A DNA stretch of 64,000 bases from NCBI GenBank assembly GCA_022560735.1, contig JADFSO010000007.1:18980-82979 (forward strand), written 5' to 3'. Positions 30,482 to 39,797 of the stretch are shown piece by piece. The notes under the pieces were generated by a model that worked only from the letters and a program-made list of their open reading frames with translations, did not search any database and was not told the DNA's origin. The first letter of the stretch is position 1, and every line of letters starts with the position of its first letter. This stretch comes from Pseudomonadota bacterium (lineage in GTDB: Bacteria; Pseudomonadota; Gammaproteobacteria; Steroidobacterales; MnTg04). The position numbers were made by a program, and so were the translations under genes.

Positions 30482-30643
30482 GTCTTAACGCCAGGCGCGA
30501 TGTTCGCTACCTGCCAATAGGGTCGATATAGAAATAATTGTTCAAACGCCGGTTGGTGGGCTTTTTAGCTGCCTTTGTTAGCGTAAGTAATTGTCGCCTC
30601 CGATCCACTCTTGACCGGTTGCGATGGATCGTCAGAGGTGGCT

Positions 30644-31024
30644 TCAAGTTTGCTTGTTCGACAGAAACCACTCTCGCGCTGCATCGATGTCACGGAAGAT
30701 GCGCCGCTCGCTTGGAGCGATCTCTTCTGCGAATACCCCATACATCCTGGCCAGACCGTATTCAAGGTCGCGCTCGACCACCAGGTTGACTCGATTTGCG
30801 AACCGGGGAAGGTGAGGAACAAGAAAGCGGGCGATTGATTTCAGATCCTCGGCACTTACTTTGGAGAAATCGCACCGACTGTAGTCAAAGATCGTATCCA
30901 TGCCATCGACGAAGCCGGGGTGTGCGAACAGGGCCTCGACAGCTTTTATTATTTCGGCAGCGCTCGATGCTTCACCTACATCGACCAGGGCTATCGCTGA
31001 CTCGCGGTCTATTTGAACATCCAT
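30644..31024 (-). CDS. STAS/SpoIIAA-like hypothetical protein
   Basis: DLEYGLARMY..IFRDIDAAREWF; GCAGGT RBS-like sequence. Confidence 0.65.
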   Translation of the reverse strand: MDVQIDRESAIALVDVGEASSAAEIIKAVEALFAHPGFVDGMDTIFDYSRCDFSKVSAEDLKSIARFLVPHLPRFANRVNLVVERDLEYGLARMYGVFAEEIAPSERRIFRDIDAAREWFLSNKQT

Positions 31025-31043
31025 ACCTGCGGGAACGCACCTT

Positions 31044-31958
31044 TCAACTGGATCGATTCAGGTAATAACTTCGCCTGCAGCCATGATTATGGTCGAGTTC
31101 CAGAATAACATCGGCGGTGTCAGGCAAAGACACCAGGTTTTGACTGGTCAAGCGCTCATAATGCTGCAGGAATCGTACCAACCGCTCGCTGTCCATTATA
31201 CTTTCGGCAGCGGTGGGCGTGATCGCGGCAAGTTTTTCCTCTTGCTTTAGACGCCAGCGGTGCACGGCGCCCATATTTGGTGCGCGCAGAAAAATTAGCG
31301 CGTCCAATTGCGCGAATAAATCGGCATACCCCCCCCCGAGTTGCTCATTGACATAGCGACGCCATGCACCAGACGGGTCTTCATCACGCTCCAGTGCATT
31401 GGCAGGCTGCAGCAACGCAGCGTCTGGCTGTGGCTTGCTGCCGACGCACCAGCCTTCGAGAATGATCAGATCGACCGGTCCGGCGATAACGGGCCAGGTA
31501 TCCCGGTTCGCGCGATCGTCGCGCGCCTTGTCGAAGCGCGGCAACGATAAGCGGGTTTCTGCAGCAAGGTTTCTGAGTCTCTCGACACAGGTAGCAAGCA
31601 TTTGCATATCATGAGTGCCGGGAACGCCTCTGGTTTCCAGCAATGGGTGAATACGCTTGCCTAATTCTCTGCGCTCTGCCTTTCCCAGGTAAAAGTCATC
31701 GATCGACAAAACCGCTACGCGCCAGCCGGCATTCGATTCAAGCGCGAGTCGCAGGAAGGCCGCAAGCGTTGATTTCCCCGTACCCTGTGCGCCATTGATT
31801 CCAGCGAAGAGCGTTTCGTCCGGCGCGCGCTGTTGTATCAGCCACCTTGCCAGGGGCGAATAGTGTTCATCGATCAAGTCACCGAACTTCTCGGGTAGGC
31901 GATGCTGGGAAATAAAATCCTTCAGTTGCTGGTTCGTCAATATGTGTCGCTCTTGCAT
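31044..31958 (-). CDS. P-loop kinase, D-glycerate 3-kinase (GLYK)-like
   Basis: GINGAQGTGKSTL, LSIDDFYL, TRGVPGTHD, PRFDKARDDR, ILEGWCVG. Confidence 0.85.
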   Translation of the reverse strand: MQERHILTNQQLKDFISQHRLPEKFGDLIDEHYSPLARWLIQQRAPDETLFAGINGAQGTGKSTLAAFLRLALESNAGWRVAVLSIDDFYLGKAERRELGKRIHPLLETRGVPGTHDMQMLATCVERLRNLAAETRLSLPRFDKARDDRANRDTWPVIAGPVDLIILEGWCVGSKPQPDAALLQPANALERDEDPSGAWRRYVNEQLGGGYADLFAQLDALIFLRAPNMGAVHRWRLKQEEKLAAITPTAAESIMDSERLVRFLQHYERLTSQNLVSLPDTADVILELDHNHGCRRSYYLNRSS

Positions 31959-32016
31959 CGGTCAGCCCCAAAGCTTCTGTGTGCGAGGGCTGAAAGACTC
32001 TGCGTTCGGCGACTCT

Positions 32017-32196
32017 TCAGATGGGCTTGCCGGGAGCGCGATTGAAATCATCATCGCTGACCTGAGGAAATGCATATTTGTAGCCAAAGCATACGGCCAT
32101 CCCGTAAAACAGCACGTCGATAATCTCGAACGTCGACGCCAGCAACTCACCGTAAAATACGTGATGGCATGGTCTTGTTTGAAAGGGCCCAGGCAT
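32017..32196 (-). pseudogene. possible remnant of a membrane protein C-terminus
   Basis: 59-aa frame containing STFEIIDVLFYGMAVCFGYKYAF; in-frame stops just upstream. Confidence 0.3.
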
Positions 32197-32384
32197 TGGA
32201 CATCACAAACGCAAGTTAATGTAGCCAAAGCAATACTAATCACAAATCAATGCATAGAAACATTTCATTGCCTTTTTATCGCTGAATTCTTAGCAAATTA
32301 TAGTCCAAATGTAGTATATAAGGCTCATAAATTGATAAGACTGCGAGTCGTGCGGGGAGCGGGAACAATGACGGCGGTATACCC

Positions 32385-34361
32385 ATGAAGTTATTTTTGT
32401 TGCTTTTATTGTTCATTTCGCAGGCAATTGGTGGCTCGGAAGCTCAAGCAATAAAACCAGAAGACCTGTTTGCTCCCTATGAGTTTAGTTATGCGAAAAT
32501 ATCGCCGGATGGTAAATATCTAGCGGTGCTTGCAGCAAAACCTGATGCAAAATATTCTCACAAATTGTTATTGGTCGACCTGGATTCAGGGAACGTGAAA
32601 ACGCTGGTTGATGTCCCCGATCAAAATGTGTCCTGGATTTCCTGGGCCAATAACAACAAGCTACTGTACGGAATGAAAGTTAGCAGGTATGCGCCAAGGA
32701 ATATCGGCTTTAACCTGGGTATATACGCGACTGATCTGGTTGATCTAAATACCGTGAGAATCCCGAAAATGTATGGGACTCCCTCCGCGGCCAATCTCCT
32801 GGACACCGTTCCAAGCGACCCGAACCATGTTCTGATGGACTTGCCGGACCACCGGAAATCGATGTTCCCGATCATTTACAGGGTTAATATTAACGATGGC
32901 GAGTCGAAACAAATCAATCTTAATGACGCGAATATCATTAAATGGATTGTAGATAACGACGGGCAGCCTCGCGCCGGCAGGAGTTTGGAGCGCAAACGAA
33001 ATGATCTTTTGGGTAAAATTGTTTATCGCGCGCGAGGCAGTAAGGAGTGGAAATCGATCAAGGCAACAGGTCTCCACGACTTCGATACGATTAGCTTTGA
33101 TTCAGATAATCAGCATTTATTGCTGTCGAGTAGTGCCGGCTCGGACAGGCAGAAATTGTTTCGTTTCGATATCGAGACGGGAGAATATGGTGATCCGCTC
33201 GCCAGCGATTCCATATACGACGTTTCCGGATTCCTGATGCAGGATCGGGCAGGGCATCCAATCTATTTTCGTTACCCCACGGAGAAGTACAAAAAGCTCT
33301 TTTTCAGCCAAGAGTGGGCTGACAGGCAGGCTACTTTGGACGACGCATTGCCAAATAGAGAAAACAGAATTATCGGCTGGTCAGATGATGAAAAACGCCT
33401 TTTGGTTTCCTCGTGGAGCGACAGGCATCCTGGCGAGTACTATCTTTATGACGAAGCTGAGGGAAAGCTACGCTTTTTAGTATCTAAAGCGGCCTGGATC
33501 GATCCAGGCAATATGGCGGAAATGCAGCCGATCGTTTTCCAATCACGCGATGGCCTGGACATACACGGCTACCTGACCTTGCCGCAAAACGCAATTGGCA
33601 CATCCGTGCCGTTGCTTGTTTTTGCCAATGGCGGAATGGGGTCACGCAATGTCTGGGGATATGATCGGGGAGCCCAGTTTTTTGCGAGCCGGGGATACGC
33701 GGTAATGCAAATAAATACTCGTGGTACAGCAGGATATGGCGAAGACTTTGCCGCGAAAGGACATCGCCAACTGACAGGGAGAGTGCTGGATGATCTCGCT
33801 GATGCGGTTCATTGGGGTATAGAAAAAGGCGTTGTCACACCAGGAAAAGTTTGCATTTACGGGAAAGACTTTGGTGGCTACATGGTCTTGATGGCGTTAG
33901 CCAGGGTTCCCGATCTTTTTCATTGTGGTGTTGAATATGGTGCTCCCGTCGACCTGAGCATCCTTTTCAAAGTCGCGAAATGGGCGGACAAAATCATCGG
34001 CGGGTTCGAGGTGACAAAAGCAATGAGATTATTTGTTGGCGATCCACGCAAGGAGCGTAAGCTGCTTGACCGCATGTCACCAATAAATCGTGTGGCAGAT
34101 ATCAAAGCTTCATTACTGGTAATTGAGCACGTTCCGAAAACTGACAAAAAGACCAAACCAAATGACTTTAGCAAGGATTTACGGGAGTTCGTCAAAAAAC
34201 TCACGGGCCAAGGCAACCATGTTGAGCATGAGGAAGTACCTTACGTTGTCGATGGCTTGTCCAGCGCGGAGGAGAAAGTCGATTTTTACACCAAAGTAGC
34301 TGCGTTCCTGGATAGACAAATCGGCAGTGAATCAGCAGTGCTGGAAACTGAGCATGACTAA
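32385..34361 (+). CDS. S9 prolyl oligopeptidase-family protein, apparently non-catalytic
   Basis: Signal peptide, ISPDGK propeller, SRDGLDIHGYLTLP, FFASRGYAVMQINTRG; nucleophile elbow reads GKDFGGY. Confidence 0.8.
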   Translation: MKLFLLLLLFISQAIGGSEAQAIKPEDLFAPYEFSYAKISPDGKYLAVLAAKPDAKYSHKLLLVDLDSGNVKTLVDVPDQNVSWISWANNNKLLYGMKVSRYAPRNIGFNLGIYATDLVDLNTVRIPKMYGTPSAANLLDTVPSDPNHVLMDLPDHRKSMFPIIYRVNINDGESKQINLNDANIIKWIVDNDGQPRAGRSLERKRNDLLGKIVYRARGSKEWKSIKATGLHDFDTISFDSDNQHLLLSSSAGSDRQKLFRFDIETGEYGDPLASDSIYDVSGFLMQDRAGHPIYFRYPTEKYKKLFFSQEWADRQATLDDALPNRENRIIGWSDDEKRLLVSSWSDRHPGEYYLYDEAEGKLRFLVSKAAWIDPGNMAEMQPIVFQSRDGLDIHGYLTLPQNAIGTSVPLLVFANGGMGSRNVWGYDRGAQFFASRGYAVMQINTRGTAGYGEDFAAKGHRQLTGRVLDDLADAVHWGIEKGVVTPGKVCIYGKDFGGYMVLMALARVPDLFHCGVEYGAPVDLSILFKVAKWADKIIGGFEVTKAMRLFVGDPRKERKLLDRMSPINRVADIKASLLVIEHVPKTDKKTKPNDFSKDLREFVKKLTGQGNHVEHEEVPYVVDGLSSAEEKVDFYTKVAAFLDRQIGSESAVLETEHD

Positions 34362-34432
34362 ATAAACTCCGTGGACTGGCAGTTACACAGAATTTCCTGG
34401 AGGCACGTTATGCTCGGTGTCAGTCACCATAT

Positions 34433-35737
34433 TCACCCCTGCATATTTTCTATCAACGCATCGCCAAACTCGCTGCACTTCAACAAGGTCGCGCCATCCA
34501 TCTGTCTTTCGAAGTCGTAAGTTACGGTCTTGTTGGCGATGGTCTTGTCCATTGCGGCGACGATCTTGTCCGCTGCTTCGTCCCAGCCCATGTAGCGCAT
34601 CATCAGTTCGCCGGAGAGAATCACCGAGCCGGGGTTGACCTTGTCCTGGCCGGCGTATTTCGGTGCGGTGCCATGGGTGGCCTCGAAAATTGCGATACCG
34701 TTGCTGTAGTTGATGTTGCCACCCGGGGCTATGCCGATGCCGCCGATCTGGGCAGCCAGCGCATCGGAGAGATAATCGCCGTTCAGATTCAATGTCGCGA
34801 TCACATCGAAATCGTTGGGCCGGGTCAGTATTTGTTGCAGCATGATATCGGCGATCGTGTCCTTGATCAGGATCTTGCCCGCAGCCAGCGCCGCTTTTTG
34901 TTCGGTATTCGCCTCGTCTTCGCCTGTTTCCGCCTTGGTCCGTTCCCATTGCTCCCAGGTATAGACGTATTCACCGAATTCTTTCTCGGCCAGCGCGTAG
35001 CCCCAGTTACGGAACGCACCTTCGGTGTATTTCATGATGTTGCCTTTGTGCACAAAAGTAACGCTCTTGCGTTTTTGTGCGATGGCGTATTGCAAAGCCG
35101 AGCGCACCAGCCTTTCGGTGCCCTGGCGTGAGACGGGCTTGATGCCGATGCCGGAGGTCTGCGGGAAACGGATTTTCTTGAAGCGATCGGGAAAAGCTTC
35201 CATGAAAATTTCCAGGAAACGCTGCACGTCTTCGCTGCCTTCCTCGAACTCGATGCCGGCGTAAATGTCCTCGGTATTTTCGCGGAAAATAACCATGTCC
35301 ACGGCACCGGGGTTTTTGACCGGGGAGGGCACGCCTTCGAACCAGCGCACCGGGCGCAGGCAAACATACAGGTCGAGCAACTGGCGTAACGCGACATTGA
35401 GCGATCGCATGCCGCCGCCAATGGGGGTAGTCAGCGGGCCCTTGATCGAGACCAGGTAGTCGCGGCATGCCTGCACGGTTTCATCGGGCAACCAGTTCTC
35501 GAACTGGTCGTAAGCTTTTTGCCCGGCAAAAATCTCCAGCCAGTGAATTTTGCGCTCGCCGCCGTAGGCTTTTTCCACGGCAGAATCGAGTACGCGCACC
35601 GCGGCGCGCCAGATATCGGGACCGATGCCATCGCCTTCGATAAAGGGGATGATGGGGTTGTTCGGTACATTGAGGTCGCCGTTTTCAACGGTGATTTTTG
35701 CGCCGCCGATCGGGGCTTGGTATTTCGGGTTGCTCAT
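34433..35737 (-). CDS. icd: NADP-dependent isocitrate dehydrogenase
   Basis: [65 protein letters not shown]. Confidence 0.97.
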   Translation of the reverse strand: MSNPKYQAPIGGAKITVENGDLNVPNNPIIPFIEGDGIGPDIWRAAVRVLDSAVEKAYGGERKIHWLEIFAGQKAYDQFENWLPDETVQACRDYLVSIKGPLTTPIGGGMRSLNVALRQLLDLYVCLRPVRWFEGVPSPVKNPGAVDMVIFRENTEDIYAGIEFEEGSEDVQRFLEIFMEAFPDRFKKIRFPQTSGIGIKPVSRQGTERLVRSALQYAIAQKRKSVTFVHKGNIMKYTEGAFRNWGYALAEKEFGEYVYTWEQWERTKAETGEDEANTEQKAALAAGKILIKDTIADIMLQQILTRPNDFDVIATLNLNGDYLSDALAAQIGGIGIAPGGNINYSNGIAIFEATHGTAPKYAGQDKVNPGSVILSGELMMRYMGWDEAADKIVAAMDKTIANKTVTYDFERQMDGATLLKCSEFGDALIENMQG

Positions 35738-35787
35738 ATTGGGTCAGTGCCTTTTTTGCTGTGATTGAAGGTTGCGGTAGATCCATT

Positions 35788-37763
35788 TTATGGTTGTGCG
35801 TAGCGTATTTCCACAAACAGGCTGCGGGCCCGGCCCGGCGTATAGCGGAAGCGGCCAAAGGCGAAATCGGCGCGCTCGGCATAATGGCTGTCGACCAGGT
35901 TATTGAGTCTGAGCGCCGCCGACCAGTTCGGGCTGAAACGCTTGTTCAGCCTGAGATTCAGCAGATTGTGGCCGGTGTAATTGCCGCCAGCCCAGCGCAG
36001 TTGCACGCTGCCGAGACGCCGCGGTGCGCTACCCATTTCATCGCCGGAAGTAATGGTGGTGCCGCCGGCAAGCTGCTGGCTGAAATCGTAGCGGTGCAGG
36101 GCATAGCTGGCGGCGGCCTGCAGCGACCATGTGCCGTTGATTTGCCAGTACACGCTGGTTTCCAGACCGGTGTGCCGGGTCTTGCCGTTGTCGATGTTAA
36201 ATCCATTCGCGTCGCGCAGGATGACGTTGCGTTTTTTCATCGCGTAAATGGTGACGTCGTATTCGAGTGTTTCACCAATGCTTTTGAGCCCGAGTTCGAA
36301 GCTGTCCAGGATCACCGAATCGAGATTGGCGATCTGCTGCTGGCTTTGCAATCGGTATAGTTCGGTGCTTTGCGGCGGGCGGAAGCCGCGGCTTAGCGAA
36401 GCATAGAGGGTGCGCCGCCGTCCGAGGTGGTACAACGCGCCGAGCTTGGGCGCGAGCTCGAAAAATCCGTCCTCACGGTCGGCCGGGCGAGTGTGCAGGC
36501 AGCCGCCAAAACCGCAGGGCGTTCCATCGTCGCGGTTGTTGCCGTCTGCCATGCGATTATCGTAATCGTAACGCAGATACTCAGCGCGCAGCCCGGCGTT
36601 TAGTTCCCAGCGACCGGTTTCGTGTTGTATCTGAATATAAGGTGCGGCCATGTACGCGTTGACGGTGTAGTCGTAGTGTTTGCCGGCCGGGCGGGTTTCG
36701 ATCAGGAAGGCCGAGCCATTGCTGATGGTGTTGGCCTGAATTTCCTCGAGAAAACCATGCGTGTATTCGAGGTCGAGGCCGTATATCAAGGAGCCCGATG
36801 GCCGGGTTACGTGGCGGCTGAATAACAGGCCGATGCTGTTTTGACCGTTGTCTTCGTCGGGCTCTCCTGGCAGGAAGTGCTGGCGAAACCGGGTGCTGGA
36901 ATGACGGGCATAAAGCCTGAGATCCTGTTTTTGCCGTTCGCCCTCATCCCATGACCAGTGGGTAAGCAGGCGCAACGCGCGGTTGTCGCGAAAGGCGCCG
37001 GCCGCATCATTGCCGGCGCTCAGGGTGTCGTCTTTGTACCCGTCCTGACCGGAAACGAAGCCGGCGGTCTGCTGATTGAGATAGGTTGCGGCGAGGGTGG
37101 CGCGGAAATGGCTATGGTCCAGGTCGCGCCGGTAAAAAAGATTCAGCTTGCCCTGGTCATAACCTGAATCGAGGCGCGCTCCGCCATCGTGGGTGCCGTT
37201 GGCGAGCAGGCGCCAGTCGCTGGATTGCCCACCGCTATCGAATTTGACTCGGTAATAGTTGTCGGGGGCCTGCTTCTAAAGAGGTCGACTGTCCCGCCGG
37301 CTGGCGTCAGGAAATTCAGCAAGCCGTGCAAGGCATTGGCGTCATACAGCGCGCTGCCAGGGCCACGGATCACTTCTACGGCCTGCATTTGTTCGCTGTT
37401 GATCTCCATGAGCTGGTTGACGTTGCAGAAACCGGCTGGGCGTATGGCTACGCCGTCTTCGAGAAACAAGAAGGCGCCGCAGGAGCCGGGGCCGGTCAAA
37501 ACAGGCGAGCGGATTGCGCTCAGGTGCTCCTGGCCGCTACCGGCGGTAACCCAGGCGCCGGGCGCCTGCACCAGCAGGTCGGCGATATGCGTGTGGGCAA
37601 GAGCTTGGATTGATTTTTGCTCGATTACCGCGGCATTGCCGGCGAGCTTGAGCGGGTCTTGCGAGTCGCGCATCGCGGTGACGACGACTTCATCGATGGC
37701 TGCCTGCGGGGGGTTGGTTTCGGCGGCTGTTGATGGCGTTACGAGTACGAAGAGGAAAAGCAT
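35788..37763 (-). pseudogene. TonB-dependent receptor, frameshifted near 37270
   Basis: Plug (DEVVVTA, VEVIRGPGSALY) in one frame; barrel continues in another frame from DNYYRVK to the C-terminal FVEIRY. Confidence 0.8.
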
Positions 37764-37794
37764 GCCCGGGAGAAAGTGCCTCCCCTGTGTATTT

Positions 37795-37859
37795 TTCGCG
37801 GCTGAAGTCGCTCCTACAAAGATCTCCTGTTCTTGTAGGAGGGCCTTCAGGCCCGATAA
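37795..37859. repeat. inverted pair of GTAG-type REP-like elements
   Basis: TGTAGGAGCGACTTCAGCCGCGAA (minus, 37795-37818) and TGTAGGAGGGCCTTCAGGCCCGATAA (plus, 37834-37859). Confidence 0.75.
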
Positions 37860-37877
37860 TAGACCATGCCTCAGGCG

Positions 37878-37901
37878 GAAAATAAATCTGTTCCCCTTTT
37901 T
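37878..37901 (+). repeat. AAATAAATCTGTCCCC-type dispersed repeat
   Basis: GAAAATAAATCTGTTCCCCTTTTT; related copies at 38934-39031. Confidence 0.7.
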
Positions 37902-37908
37902 CGAGCCG

Positions 37909-38334
37909 TCAGCGACTTTGTATACGTTCGATCCGGTCACGGACTTCATCCGGGAGGGGCGCCTTGCAATTGTTCTGGTAATCGAAACACACGATCGTTC
38001 CGCTGCCTTCGGCGACGATCTTTCCGGTTGCGTGGCTGGCTATGGCATACAGCATTTTGCAGCGATCTTCTTTCAGCTCGGTAACGCTGGCGCCGACCGA
38101 GACCGTGTCGGGGTAGTTCAACGGGAGTTTGAACCGGCACTCGGTGTGCGCCAGGATCGGGCCGATACCGGTCTTGTCCATGTACTCCATGAAACCGGTC
38201 TGCTCGACATAGGCGATCCGCGCAGACTCGAAATAGCGAAAATAAATGATGTTGTTGACATGGTTGAAAGCATCCATCTCGCCCCAGACCACGGGCAATT
38301 CGATGACCACCGGATAGTCATCGAGGACTTTCAA
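37909..38334 (-). CDS. acyl-CoA thioesterase (4HBT/YbgC hotdog fold)
   Basis: VWGEMDAFNHVNNIIYFRYFESAR, PLNYPD. Confidence 0.92.
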   Translation of the reverse strand: MKVLDDYPVVIELPVVWGEMDAFNHVNNIIYFRYFESARIAYVEQTGFMEYMDKTGIGPILAHTECRFKLPLNYPDTVSVGASVTELKEDRCKMLYAIASHATGKIVAEGSGTIVCFDYQNNCKAPLPDEVRDRIERIQSR

Positions 38335-38561
38335 TTGCCCCGTTCCTTGATCACCAGTTGCGGCCCACCGGGCGGTCCGAAAGTATGCTTGCTAAACACG
38401 CCATAAATGTGCCCGCAGTCGGCGCACTGGGCGACAAAAAACCACGGCTGGCCTTTTTTTGCGGTTTCGGAACTGGGCCGTGAGACGATCTTGTCCATGC
38501 CGCGTACCGCACAGGAGGGGCAGCTGGGATCGGCGATGTCGTTGGATTGTTCTTCGGTCAT
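38331..38561 (-). CDS. small zinc-ribbon protein
   Basis: CPSC and CADCGHIYGV; ATGA-type overlap with the thioesterase gene. Confidence 0.7.
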   Translation of the reverse strand: MTEEQSNDIADPSCPSCAVRGMDKIVSRPSSETAKKGQPWFFVAQCADCGHIYGVFSKHTFGPPGGPQLVIKERGN

Positions 38562-38578
38562 GATCGGATGACTTTGTT

Positions 38579-38604
38579 TTATCGGGCCTGAAGGCCCTCC
38601 TACA
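38579..38604 (-). repeat. GTAG-type REP-like element
   Basis: Exact 26-bp reverse complement of 37834-37859. Confidence 0.8.
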
Positions 38605-38624
38605 AAAAAAATTTAAGACCATTT

Positions 38625-38873
38625 TTAACCGGATTGATCCACTTTTTCGTAGACCAGCGAGGGGCGGTCTCCGCGACGCGAATAGCGGTGCGTGCTGCGC
38701 ATATCCTCGAAAGCGACATCGCGCTGCTCGGTGCTTGCGTACCAGTGAAATTTCTCCCAGCCCTCATCGACCAGGTTACGAAAGGGGTCCTCCCGGTTCA
38801 GCGTCACCTTGATGCCGAATGGCCGCGGTAGACCGCGTTGCTCGGCGAGATTGTGTTCGTCGGAAATTTCCAT
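38625..38873 (-). CDS. small hypothetical protein
   Basis: FGIKVTL..EDPF..L...WEKFHWY....RD.AF.DM...HRYSRRGDRPS; AGGA RBS before ATG 38873. Confidence 0.65.
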   Translation of the reverse strand: MEISDEHNLAEQRGLPRPFGIKVTLNREDPFRNLVDEGWEKFHWYASTEQRDVAFEDMRSTHRYSRRGDRPSLVYEKVDQSG

Positions 38874-38933
38874 GCGCTTCCTGTTGCAGTTGTTGTTAAA
38901 AGAACGCCCCGGCAGCAATATTATTGCATAAAT

Positions 38934-39031
38934 AAGGGGTCAGATTTATTTTGAAAAAAGGGACAGATTTATTTTTGAACCTGCCTCGAGGATACATAGC
39001 GCACGGGGAAAAATAAATCTGTCCCCTTTTT
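38934..39031. repeat. cluster of three AAATAAATCTGTCCCC-type repeats (two tandem, one inverted)
   Basis: AAGGGGTCAGATTTATTTT 38934, AAAAAAGGGACAGATTTATTTTT 38954, GAAAAATAAATCTGTCCCCTTTTT 39008. Confidence 0.75.
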
Positions 39032-39722
39032 AATGGAACTGGCGGTCGTTGGCGCCTTCGCGATCCTGCCAGCGCAGTATTTTTCTGGTGACGAACAGGT
39101 ACACGCGTTTGCCGGTGGCGGCCCAGACGCGGGCGGGCCAGGCCGGCGTATTGAGGATTGCGATTTGCCGCCGGGTCAGTTTTTCCGGGATGTAATTGCG
39201 TTTGTGTTTGAGCAGGTGACGCAGGTCCTCGCGCGCCAGCATCCGGAAAATCGCGCCGCGCTTCGCCGGGCACCAGGCGAGCTGGAAATCCACCAGCGCG
39301 GGCGACCCGTCGGGTGTGACCAGCCAGTTGGCCTCCTTGGCGAGGTCATTGTGGGTAATCCCCGCCCGGTGCAGGCGGCGCAACAGCGTCAATGCCTGGC
39401 GGTAGTAGCCCGGATCGAGAGGCCTTGCCTGCTGCATCGGCTGGCCTGCTATCCAGCCGCGCTCAAGCATCGCCCCGTCCCAGCCGAGCAGGGCGGGTAT
39501 CCCGTCCATCCCGTCTGCATGCAGCAAGGCGCGGGCTTCGCGGCGCGCCAGCCAGCGCGCGATGGGGCGGGCCCACACTCGGGCCGCCGTGGTGTCGCGC
39601 CTAATCCATTGCTCTTCGTTGTGCTCGACCCGCATGATCCGTCCAAACAAATCGGATTTGAGCTGGGTTTCAGCGCTGTCGTGACTATCGCTCAATTTCG
39701 TAAGCCTTTGTTTATTGGACAA
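39030..39722 (-). CDS. small Ser/Thr kinase-like protein (RIO/Kdo-kinase-like)
   Basis: LKSDLFGRI, REARAL, LHRAGITHNDLAKEANWLV, LVDFQLA. Confidence 0.82.
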   Translation of the reverse strand: MSNKQRLTKLSDSHDSAETQLKSDLFGRIMRVEHNEEQWIRRDTTAARVWARPIARWLARREARALLHADGMDGIPALLGWDGAMLERGWIAGQPMQQARPLDPGYYRQALTLLRRLHRAGITHNDLAKEANWLVTPDGSPALVDFQLAWCPAKRGAIFRMLAREDLRHLLKHKRNYIPEKLTRRQIAILNTPAWPARVWAATGKRVYLFVTRKILRWQDREGANDRQFH

Positions 39723-39797
39723 GATTAGCCCCAGCGCGACCGGTTGACCAGTGCCTGCTGGTACAACTGTCCGGGTTTAGCCAGAATGTGGGGGACC

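Noticed and set aside
30483-30585. Integron attC site (TAAC ... GTTAGC)
   Set aside because: Core sites are not properly complementary, there is no internal palindrome, and no integrase is present.
37189-38406. 405-aa plus-strand ORF and similar long antisense ORFs (57218-58372, 58819-60018, 60343-61437)
   Set aside because: Shadow frames of well-supported opposite-strand genes in GC-rich DNA; no recognisable motifs.
37795-39031. CRISPR array
   Set aside because: Repeats are few, in mixed orientation and irregularly spaced; no cas genes.
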